From the NCBI GenBank assembly GCA_965199285.1, contig OZ240687.1, forward strand, positions 127,065-159,064: a stretch of DNA of 32,000 nucleotides, in the 5' to 3' direction. Shown here piece after piece: positions 24,445-32,000 of this stretch (position 1 is the first letter of the stretch; every line of letters starts with the position of its first letter). A program made the translations under genes and the position numbers. Source of the stretch: Parvibaculaceae bacterium. GTDB lineage: Bacteria > Pseudomonadota > Alphaproteobacteria > RS24. The notes beneath the pieces are model-generated. The model did not search any database. It had not been told where the DNA came from and worked only from the letters and a program-made list of their open reading frames with translations.

Positions 24445-24898
24445 TCGATTTTTCCGCCTCTCCAAATCGAGGCGCGCGCTTGTGCTTGTGCTGGGTTTTT
24501 CGTTTTTGATGCTCACAATCGGGCTCATGCTCACTGCGCTTGAAGATAATATTATTTTCTTCCGTACCCCGTCCGATCTTACCAATGCAGAACGTCACTC
24601 TGACCGCGTGATGCGGCTTGGCGGTTTGGTGAAAGAAGAAAGCTGGCAAGGTGAGGGGCTGGAAAATAAATTCATCATTACCGACCTTGAGAAAGAGGTG
24701 GCGGTGGTCTATCGCGGTATTTTGCCTGACCTGTTTCGCGAAAATCAGGGCGTGATTGCGCAAGGGCGGTTTGTCGATGATTTGTTTATCGCCGATACGG
24801 TGCTTGCCAAACATGATGAAACCTATATGCCCAAAGAGGTTGCCGATCAGTTAAAAAAATCTGGTAAATGGAAGGAGCCCGCGCGCGATGATTATTGA
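24434..24898 (+). CDS. ccmE: Cytochrome c maturation heme chaperone CcmE
   Basis: 154 aa with an N-terminal membrane anchor, an OB-fold region and the heme-binding His motif LAKHDETYMPKEV. Confidence 0.92.
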   Translation: MSFNRFFRLSKSRRALVLVLGFSFLMLTIGLMLTALEDNIIFFRTPSDLTNAERHSDRVMRLGGLVKEESWQGEGLENKFIITDLEKEVAVVYRGILPDLFRENQGVIAQGRFVDDLFIADTVLAKHDETYMPKEVADQLKKSGKWKEPARDDY

Positions 24899-26825
24899 GC
24901 TTGGCCATTTCACTCTTATCTTGGCACTGCTTCTGGCATCAGGGCAAGTGTGGTTTGGGCTGCGCGCCGCCAAGCACGATCATCCGGGTTTACTTCAGCT
25001 GGCGCGGCGGGTTAGTCTTTTACAATTCCTGCTTTTGCTGATTGCCTTCGGGGTGCTTATGCAAGCCTATATTCGCTCAGATTTCTCGGTACTAAATGTG
25101 ACGATTAACAGTCATGTCGCAAAGCCTCTGCTCTATAAGATTTCGGGCGTTTGGGGCAATCATGAAGGCTCGATGTTGCTATGGGTGTTGATTTTAGCTC
25201 TGTTTGGCGCGGCGATCGCTTTTTCTCGACAAGCTATCGAACCGGTTTTTCGAGCGCGGGTGATTGCGGTGCAAGGGGCGGTAAGCTTTTTGTTTCTTGG
25301 CTTTTTGCTCTTTACATCAAATCCTTTTATCCGACTTTTTCCAGCCCCCTTTTCTGGGCAAGGGCTTAATCCGGTTCTACAAGATCCGGCTCTGGCGGCG
25401 CATCCGCCAATGTTATATGTGGGCTATGTCGGTTTTTCGCTTGTCTTTGCTTTTGCTGTCGCTGCCCTTATGGGGCGCGAATTACCACTTAATTGGGCGC
25501 GCCTACTGCGCCCTTGGATTTTGATTGCATGGATTTTTCTGACCATCGGCATCGCGCTTGGATCATATTGGGCGTATTATGAACTTGGCTGGGGCGGGTT
25601 TTGGTTTTGGGATCCGGTTGAAAACGCTTCCCTTATGCCATGGCTTTCGGGTACGGCACTTTTGCATTCAGCTTTGGTGACCCAACAGCGCGATCTTTTG
25701 AAAAGCTGGACAATATTATTAGCGATTTTAACCTTTGGTTTATCGCTGGTCGGGGCGTTTTTGGTGCGTTCCGGTATCCTGACCTCTGTCCATGCTTTTG
25801 CCAATGATCCGGCACGTGGGGTTTATATATTACTTATTCTGGTTTTAATTATGGCAACGGCTCTGTGGCTTTATGCCCGCGCCAGCCGATATTTTTCAGC
25901 ATCTGAAAAAATCATGCCCTTATCTCGTGAAACCGCCTTAGTGGTGAATAATGTATTTTTGGTAACGGCTGTCGCGACGGTGTTTATTGGCACACTTTAT
26001 CCGCTATTTCTTGATGCGCTTGGCGGCGCGAAAATCTCTGTCGGTGCGCCTTATTTCTCGGCTGTCTTTTTACCGCTTATGGTTCCTTTTGTCATTCTAT
26101 TGCCGTTTGGACCATTTTTGCGCTGGCGCAATGGGATGCTTGCTTTGCGTCACTTATCCTTACCGCTGCTGGCAGCGTTGCTTGTTGGGGGTGGAATTTT
26201 TCTCGGTCGGGGTGCTGATATGGCGGTGAGCTTTGCGGTTGCCGGTAGCATCTGGTTGATAATGGGCGGCGGTGCCGATATTGCCATGCGGCTGCGTCTA
26301 TATGAGGGGGATGTAATCCGAAAACTCATAAAAGCAAGGCTTATCCATTTTGCCTCTGGGCTTGCCCATGCCGGCATTGGGGTGATGCTGTTGGGCATTA
26401 TTGGTGCAACCGCTTGGAAAGAGGAAGTGGTGGTTGCCATCGCGCCGCAAGACATTATCGAAATTGGTCATTATAAAATTCGCTTTGCGGGGGTTAAAAA
26501 AACCGAGGGGAAAAATTATCAATCCAGTCAAGCCACTCTTACTTATGTAAGCGGGCCGCATAATTTTGGAACCCTAACGCCAGAGCGGCGCTTTTATCCG
26601 GTTGAACGAAATCAAACCACCGAGGCGGCTATTTATAAACGGCTCGATCAGCATCTTTATGCGGTGCTTGGGGAATCGGCGGATGGCAAATATATTATTC
26701 GGATCTGGCTGCATCCGCTTGTGATGCTGATTTGGATTGGCGCTGGTTTTATGGCGGTGGGGGGATTATGTCGATTGACAGAATTTATCCGCCCCCGAAA
26801 CGTGAAGAATAGGCAAGATATATGA
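24888..26825 (+). CDS. ccmF: Cytochrome c heme lyase subunit CcmF
   Basis: 645 aa and polytopic. The WWD motif is WGGFWFWDPVENASLMPW. It overlaps ccmE by 11 nt. Confidence 0.93.
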   Translation: MIIELGHFTLILALLLASGQVWFGLRAAKHDHPGLLQLARRVSLLQFLLLLIAFGVLMQAYIRSDFSVLNVTINSHVAKPLLYKISGVWGNHEGSMLLWVLILALFGAAIAFSRQAIEPVFRARVIAVQGAVSFLFLGFLLFTSNPFIRLFPAPFSGQGLNPVLQDPALAAHPPMLYVGYVGFSLVFAFAVAALMGRELPLNWARLLRPWILIAWIFLTIGIALGSYWAYYELGWGGFWFWDPVENASLMPWLSGTALLHSALVTQQRDLLKSWTILLAILTFGLSLVGAFLVRSGILTSVHAFANDPARGVYILLILVLIMATALWLYARASRYFSASEKIMPLSRETALVVNNVFLVTAVATVFIGTLYPLFLDALGGAKISVGAPYFSAVFLPLMVPFVILLPFGPFLRWRNGMLALRHLSLPLLAALLVGGGIFLGRGADMAVSFAVAGSIWLIMGGGADIAMRLRLYEGDVIRKLIKARLIHFASGLAHAGIGVMLLGIIGATAWKEEVVVAIAPQDIIEIGHYKIRFAGVKKTEGKNYQSSQATLTYVSGPHNFGTLTPERRFYPVERNQTTEAAIYKRLDQHLYAVLGESADGKYIIRIWLHPLVMLIWIGAGFMAVGGLCRLTEFIRPRNVKNRQDI

Positions 26826-27214
26826 AATATGTTTTAATCATGGGTCTGCTTATTTTCCCAACCCTGCCTATCTATGCGCTTAGCCCAGGTGAGGAACTTT
26901 CCGACCCTATGCTTGAACAACGGGCGCGGGCGCTTTCAGCAGAATTGCGCTGTCTGGTATGTCAAAATCAATCCATTGATGACAGTGATGCGCCTTTAGC
27001 ACGTGACCTTCGGCAGATTGTTCGGCAGCACATTATGGCAGGACAAACCGATGCGGAAATTAAAGATTTTATCGTCGCGCGTTATGGTGAATTTGCTTTG
27101 TTAAAACCCCGCCTTGCACCGCATAATTATGCTTTATGGATTTTTCCGGCATTGTTTTTTTTAATCGCTGTGATTGCGCTTTGGCGTTTATTCGGGTCTA
27201 ATATGCGCGAATAG
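26822..27214 (+). CDS. ccmH: Cytochrome c-type biogenesis protein CcmH (CycL)
   Basis: 130 aa with a signal peptide, the LRCLVCQNQSIDDSDA redox motif and a C-terminal TM helix. It forms an ATGA overlap with ccmF. Confidence 0.9.
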   Translation: MKYVLIMGLLIFPTLPIYALSPGEELSDPMLEQRARALSAELRCLVCQNQSIDDSDAPLARDLRQIVRQHIMAGQTDAEIKDFIVARYGEFALLKPRLAPHNYALWIFPALFFLIAVIALWRLFGSNMRE

Positions 27215-27226
27215 GGGCATAATCGC

Positions 27227-27904
27227 ATGAAAGTGCTTTTGATAGAAGATGATCAACAAGCCGCCACTGCCATTATTGCGGCATTAGCGCGTGAAGAGAT
27301 AATCGTCGCCCATGTGCCGGATGGGGCGGCAGGGTTAAGCCATGCCCAAACTGAAGACTTTGATGTTCTGGTTGTTGATCGTATGCTACCAAAATTAGAT
27401 GGTCTGTCACTGGTTAAAACCTTGCGCGATCAACAATATCAGACTCCGATATTATTCGTTTCGGCGCTTGCCCAAATTGATGATCGAGTGGCAGGGCTTG
27501 AAGCTGGTGCAGATGATTACTTATCCAAACCATTTGCAATGCGTGAGTTGATTGCGCGTTTGCATGTGCTGGTGCGGCGTAAAGCCCCGATAACGCAGAG
27601 TTTGCAGATTGCCGATTTATCTGTCGATTTATTATCGCGTGAGGTTCACCGTCAGGGTGAGATGATTGATGTCCAAGGGCGCGAATATGATTTACTGGTT
27701 TTCCTGTTACAGCATGCCGGTACGATCGTCACCCGCCAGATGCTACTCAAAGAAATATGGCAATTGGATTTTGACCCCCAAACCAATGTGATTGATGTTC
27801 ATATTTCACGCTTGCGGGGCAAAATTGACAAAGGCTTTTCACCGGCTTTATTGCACACAATTAGAGGGCAGGGATATGTCATGCGTGAGGCGGCGCATGA
27901 TTAA
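27227..27904 (+). CDS. OmpR/PhoB-family response regulator
   Basis: 225 aa. The receiver domain has DVLVVDRMLPKLDG and YLSKPF. The winged-helix output domain has VIDVHISRLRGKID. Confidence 0.9.
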   Translation: MKVLLIEDDQQAATAIIAALAREEIIVAHVPDGAAGLSHAQTEDFDVLVVDRMLPKLDGLSLVKTLRDQQYQTPILFVSALAQIDDRVAGLEAGADDYLSKPFAMRELIARLHVLVRRKAPITQSLQIADLSVDLLSREVHRQGEMIDVQGREYDLLVFLLQHAGTIVTRQMLLKEIWQLDFDPQTNVIDVHISRLRGKIDKGFSPALLHTIRGQGYVMREAAHD

Positions 27905-29264
27905 ATTATTACGATCTACCAGTTTTCGGATGGCCTTGCTGTTTATTGGTTTATTTGCAATCTCTTCAATCGTGATTATGGGCTGGCTCTCGTCTTATGC
28001 TGAAGATTATATTCTCAGCGATACAGATCAGACCATTCAATATGAGATTGAAACCATAAAGACGCTTTATCAATCGCAGGGGATGGAAGCGCTTCAAACC
28101 CATATCGATAATCTTAGCCATAATCCGCAAGCCGGTATTTATTTTTTGGTCGATGGCGCTGGCCAAAAACGAGCCGGTAATCTTGATTTTTTACCTCCTC
28201 TGATTAGCTCGCGCCCAAGCGATAAGGGCGAAGGGCAAATTGAATTTCTATTTGAAAATCCGCAAGATAAGACCCACCCTTTGCGCCTCTATGGTCACCA
28301 GCTCTATTTAGAAAATGGCGAAATGATACTGGTCGCCCGCAATATGGCCCCTTATGATGCGCTTTTGCAGCGTGGACGTATTGTGTTTATCCTCAGCGGT
28401 GGCGGGGCTATTCTGCTTGCCTTTTTAGGGGGGCTGATTATGGCGCGCAATAATATGCAGCATGTCATCCGCTTGGGGGAGAATTTGCAAAAAGCACGAA
28501 TAGATGGGAAAGCGCGTCTTCCCTTGCGGCATCGACATGATGAATTTGATAATCTGTCTGAGCAGGTTAATGATTTGCTACACCATATTGAAAAACTTGT
28601 CACAACAATGCGTGAGATGAGTGAGAATATAGCGCATGATTTTCGCAAACCGTTAAATCATTTGCGGGTGGAATTAGAAACCGTCCTGTTATCAGATAAG
28701 ATTGATAGGGAAAAGCTCGAACAAGCTCTAAGCGAAATTGACGCTATCAATCGCGATTTTGATACAATGCTGCTTTTGTCGCGTCTGGATAGTCAATCAA
28801 TAGATATACCCCTCTCTTTGCAAGCGATACATCTTATAATTGCTGAAATTGCGGATTTTTATACCCCGCAAATCGAAGAAGCTGGTATGTCGCTTGCCTG
28901 TGTAATTGAAGACGCGGTGCAGATAAATTGTCATGCTGATTTATTGAAACGCGCACTGGTTAATCTTTTAGAAAATGCACTTACGCATGGGGCGCGGGAA
29001 GGCGGTACAATCACGATCAGTTTGCAGCAGCTTGAAGATGCGGTTGAGCTCTCTATTGCCGATCAAGGGCAGGGGGTTGCCGAACCAGATTTTGAATATA
29101 TTCAGCAACGCTATACAAGGCTTGATCATGCCCGCACCAAAGCCGGTAATGGGATTGGCCTGTCACTCGTCGGCGCGATTGGTGAAGCGCATGGCGGTTA
29201 TTTAAGATTAGCAGAAAATACGCCATCGGGTCTTATTGTCACCATCGGATTGCCGAAGGGATAA
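27897..29264 (+). CDS. Sensor histidine kinase (two TM helices, periplasmic loop, HAMP-like, HisKA, HATPase)
   Basis: The track ORF is 27792..29264. The Met at 27897 (MIKLLRSTSFRMALLFIGLF) overlaps the regulator stop by 8 nt. The H-box is NIAHDFRKPL, the N-box is LLENALTHG and the G-boxes are DQGQGV / GNGIGLSLV. Confidence 0.88.
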   Translation: MIKLLRSTSFRMALLFIGLFAISSIVIMGWLSSYAEDYILSDTDQTIQYEIETIKTLYQSQGMEALQTHIDNLSHNPQAGIYFLVDGAGQKRAGNLDFLPPLISSRPSDKGEGQIEFLFENPQDKTHPLRLYGHQLYLENGEMILVARNMAPYDALLQRGRIVFILSGGGAILLAFLGGLIMARNNMQHVIRLGENLQKARIDGKARLPLRHRHDEFDNLSEQVNDLLHHIEKLVTTMREMSENIAHDFRKPLNHLRVELETVLLSDKIDREKLEQALSEIDAINRDFDTMLLLSRLDSQSIDIPLSLQAIHLIIAEIADFYTPQIEEAGMSLACVIEDAVQINCHADLLKRALVNLLENALTHGAREGGTITISLQQLEDAVELSIADQGQGVAEPDFEYIQQRYTRLDHARTKAGNGIGLSLVGAIGEAHGGYLRLAENTPSGLIVTIGLPKG

Positions 29265-29268
29265 TCTG

Positions 29269-32000
29269 ATGGCGGCATATCTTTTTGACAATATTCAGCC
29301 CCATCCCAGCGCCTTAGATAAAGACCATGCTGAGACATTGAGGGCGGATATTGATGGTATTGAGACCTTGTCACCAAAGGCGCAAGATTTTTTGACATGG
29401 GTTATCAGCAATAGTTCTTACTTATTACGGTTGCTCCGCCGTAACCCCGATTGCCTGGCGGCATTACAAAATCAGTCACCGGAAGATTATCTTGATGAAG
29501 TCATGACAGCGCTTGCCAAAAGCGTGACGAATATCACCGGTAAAGACGATCTGATGGCCGCTTTACGCCATGCCAAGCAGAAACTCGCTCTTACCATTGC
29601 GCTTTGTGATTTGGCGGGGCTTTGGGAGGTGGAGACGGTAACGCTCTATCTCACCCGTTTTGCCGATTTGGCTTGTGATCTTTGTTTGGATGTCTTACTG
29701 CGCGAGGCGCATATAAAGGGGCATCTTGGCGCGCCTGTGTCGGCTGATTGTTCTGGTATTGTCATTCTGGGCATGGGAAAACATGGCGGCTATGAACTTA
29801 ATTATTCTTCTGATATTGACATTATCTTTTTCTATACGGCAGGCGCGCTTCAGCTGAAACAGGGGATGGATGAACGAAAATTCTATGTCCAAATTGTCCG
29901 CGATATGGTGTCTTGTTTGCAGGATATGACCGCAGATGGCTATGTGTTTCGGGTTGATTTGCGCTTGCGTCCTGACCCTGGCGCAACGCCGGTGGCGATA
30001 AGTGTGGATGCGGCGCAGCATTATTATGAGACGTTTGGCCAGAACTGGGAACGCGCAGCGTTCATCAAAGCCCGCCCCATTGCTGGAGATAAAACGGCAG
30101 GGCAAGCGTTTCTCGAGCATCTTATCCCCTATATTTGGCGCCGCTATCTTGATTTTGCCGCGATTGATGATGTTCATAGCATGAAGCGGCAAATCCATGC
30201 GGTGCGCGGGCATGCGCATATTGCCGTTGCAGGGCATAATCTCAAATTGGGGCGCGGGGGTATTCGGGAAATAGAATTTTTTGTTCAAACCCAGCAATTA
30301 ATCGCCGGTGGACAGAATAAAGATTTGCGGGGGCGGCAAACTGTGCCGATGCTGTTTGCACTTGCTAAAGCGGGGTGGATTAAGCCAGAAACGGCAGATG
30401 GTATGGCACGCTCTTACGCCTATTTGCGGCAGTTGGAGCATCGCGCCCAGATGCGGCTTGATGAACAAACCCACAGTCTACCGCAAGATGAAAAAGGATT
30501 GGCTGAATTTGCCAATTTTGCTGGCTATGCTGACGCGGAAGAGTTTTCGCACGCGCTCAAAGCACATCTTACCTATGTGAGTAAAGAATATGCCGCCTTG
30601 TTTGAAACGGCTGAAAATCTTGCTGCGGCGGAAGGTAATCTGGTTTTTGTCGGTAGCGAAGATGATCCGGAAACTGTCGAAACGCTTTCACAGATGGGGT
30701 TCAAACGCCCGTCCGATATGATTGCGATCATTCGCGCTTGGCACACGGGGCGGATGCAGGTCATGCGATCCACCCGCACGCGGGAGATTTTGACCCGTAT
30801 CATGCCACATTTATTACAGGCTTTCGCAGCGACCACAGATGCCGATCAGAGCCTTATCCGGTTTGATCGATTTTTAAGTAAACTGCCCGCCGGAATACAA
30901 TTATTTTCAATGTTTCAGGCGCATCCGCATATTTTATCAATGTTGGTCGATGTGATCGGGGCGGCACCGCGCTTGGCAAATTGGCTGGCGCAAAATCCAA
31001 ATACGATTGATGCAATGCTGGCGACAGATTTTCTTGATCCACTTTCTGATCTAGCCAATGATGCACAACAAAAATTCGCGCTTTACCAGCAGGATGATTT
31101 TCAAAACCGGCTGGATGCCATTCGCCTATTTGTGCATGAGAAACAATTCCGCATTGGGGTTCGCATATTGGCAGAACCAAATGATGCTCTAACCCGCGGG
31201 CAGGCTTTTGCTGATATTGCCGATATTGCGGTCGCGAAAATTATGCCCGCCGCCTTGCAGGATGTCGCGCAAGCACATGGCGAGGTTGAAGAGGGTGAAA
31301 TGCTTATCTTGGGAATGGGTAAATTTGGTGGTCGCGAGATGAGCATGAATTCTGACCTCGATATGATTATGATTTGTGATGCGCCTGATTTTCAGTCTGA
31401 AACAAAGGGGACGAAACCGCTGGATATAAATATGTGGTATGGCCGTGCGGCGCGGCGGATTATGAGCGGGCTTACCGCCCAAACTGCCGAAGGGGCGCTT
31501 TATGAGGTGGATACGCGCCTACGCCCTTCTGGTAATGCTGGTGCCTTGGTTAGTAAATTTGCAAGTTTTATTGATTATCAACATAAAGACGCCTGGGCGT
31601 GGGAGCATATGGCACTTACCCGCGCGCGCTTTATTGCTGGTAGCGACACATTACGCGATAAGGTTGCAACGGCGATTACCGAGATTATCGGCATGAAGCG
31701 TGATGCGAACTCGCTTTATGCAAGCGTGCATGAGATGCGGCAACGCTTAAGGTCGCATTTTCCCATGCAGGGCAGATGGGATATGAAGCATGGCGCTGGC
31801 GGGTTGATGGATATAGAGTTTATTGTCCAAACGCTTATCCTGCTGCACGCGCATCAACACCCCGAAATCATCAAGACGCATACGGGTGAAGGCTTGCAAG
31901 CCTTCGTCAAGAAAGAGATCTTATCGGAGTCTGATTATCAAGCCCTGTACCAAGCCTATCAGTTATTTTCAAATTTGCGGCAAGTGATGAGCTTATGTAC
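29269..32000 (+). CDS. glnE: Bifunctional glutamine synthetase adenylyltransferase/adenylyl-removing enzyme GlnE (3' end runs off the window)
   Basis: Absent from the ORF track because it has no stop in the window. My translation from the ATG at 29269 is open to 32000. It shows two nucleotidyltransferase modules: ILGMGKHGGYELNYSSDIDIIFFY ... GYVFRVDLRLRPDPGATP, and ILGMGKFGGREMSMNSDLDMIMI ... LYEVDTRLRPSGNAGALV. Confidence 0.92.
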   Translation, partial: MAAYLFDNIQPHPSALDKDHAETLRADIDGIETLSPKAQDFLTWVISNSSYLLRLLRRNPDCLAALQNQSPEDYLDEVMTALAKSVTNITGKDDLMAALRHAKQKLALTIALCDLAGLWEVETVTLYLTRFADLACDLCLDVLLREAHIKGHLGAPVSADCSGIVILGMGKHGGYELNYSSDIDIIFFYTAGALQLKQGMDERKFYVQIVRDMVSCLQDMTADGYVFRVDLRLRPDPGATPVAISVDAAQHYYETFGQNWERAAFIKARPIAGDKTAGQAFLEHLIPYIWRRYLDFAAIDDVHSMKRQIHAVRGHAHIAVAGHNLKLGRGGIREIEFFVQTQQLIAGGQNKDLRGRQTVPMLFALAKAGWIKPETADGMARSYAYLRQLEHRAQMRLDEQTHSLPQDEKGLAEFANFAGYADAEEFSHALKAHLTYVSKEYAALFETAENLAAAEGNLVFVGSEDDPETVETLSQMGFKRPSDMIAIIRAWHTGRMQVMRSTRTREILTRIMPHLLQAFAATTDADQSLIRFDRFLSKLPAGIQLFSMFQAHPHILSMLVDVIGAAPRLANWLAQNPNTIDAMLATDFLDPLSDLANDAQQKFALYQQDDFQNRLDAIRLFVHEKQFRIGVRILAEPNDALTRGQAFADIADIAVAKIMPAALQDVAQAHGEVEEGEMLILGMGKFGGREMSMNSDLDMIMICDAPDFQSETKGTKPLDINMWYGRAARRIMSGLTAQTAEGALYEVDTRLRPSGNAGALVSKFASFIDYQHKDAWAWEHMALTRARFIAGSDTLRDKVATAITEIIGMKRDANSLYASVHEMRQRLRSHFPMQGRWDMKHGAGGLMDIEFIVQTLILLHAHQHPEIIKTHTGEGLQAFVKKEILSESDYQALYQAYQLFSNLRQVMSLC

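Noticed and set aside
24368-24814. 148-aa minus-strand ORF antisense to ccmE. Similar antisense ORFs occur at 29695..30297 (200 aa, inside glnE), 15903..16316 (inside g9), 3345..3692 and 3744..4109 (inside the mscS-family gene), and 13328..13669 (across the g4/g5 junction)
   Set aside because: All lie opposite confidently identified genes. They have low-complexity or Arg/His/Pro/Ser-rich translations and no RBS or domain features, so they are typical antisense shadow ORFs.
5016-24898. Recurrent 11-nt gene overlaps of the form ATG-N6-TAA/TGA: cysI/DUF934 at 5016-5026, SBP/ATPase at 8584-8594, portal/protease at 13000-13010, ccmI/ccmE at 24434-24444, ccmE/ccmF at 24888-24898
   Set aside because: The overlaps are real in the sequence. 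However, 11 nt belongs to a permitted overlap phase class and fits ordinary translational coupling. Some cases depend on my choice of start codon. I cannot show enrichment without genome-wide statistics.
1-32000. tRNA, rRNA, CRISPR arrays, IS elements, riboswitches
   Set aside because: I saw no T-loop/acceptor-like tRNA signatures, no spaced direct-repeat arrays and no transposase-like ORFs. Intergenic spacers are too short for riboswitch leaders; for example, only 39 bp separate the divergent SBP and ycgN genes.

Overview
This is a densely coded alphaproteobacterial chromosome segment. By eye the GC content is in the mid-40s percent (not computed). The gene order ccmIEFH, two-component system, glnE resembles Hyphomicrobiales/Rhodobacterales-type genomes. 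The main feature is an apparently intact RcGTA-type gene transfer agent (GTA) head-tail cluster at about 10.2-23.0 kb. It has 17 tightly packed plus-strand ORFs: small-terminase-like g1, TerL, portal, prohead protease, HK97-type capsid, adaptors, tail tube, two small chaperone-like ORFs, a short tape measure, distal tail, hub, an NlpC/P60 peptidase and a 1239-aa megatron-type protein. No integrase, replication, lysis or repressor genes are present, and housekeeping genes sit on both sides. The observation I rate highest lies 7.6 kb upstream on the same strand. There, a translationally coupled pair (1427-2610) encodes a DnaA-domain-IV-like HTH protein and a DUF6456-like protein. I interpret this pair as a split GafA (GafY/GafZ-like) GTA activator. 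It sits behind an AT-rich region full of dyad symmetries. The GTA leader (10012-10229) holds a sigma70-like promoter, an intrinsic-terminator-like hairpin and a tandem T-run/ATGCATT repeat, which would fit control by anti-termination. The remaining genes are ordinary: a partial MFS transporter, sufE, DUF1491, mscS-family, DUF2849-cysI-DUF934, an NitT/TauT-type ABC transporter, ycgN-like, a nitroreductase, ccmIEFH, an OmpR-type regulator with its histidine kinase, and partial glnE. I found no tRNA, rRNA, CRISPR array, IS element or integrase. All family assignments come from reading the translations and from memory of family signatures, not from database searches.
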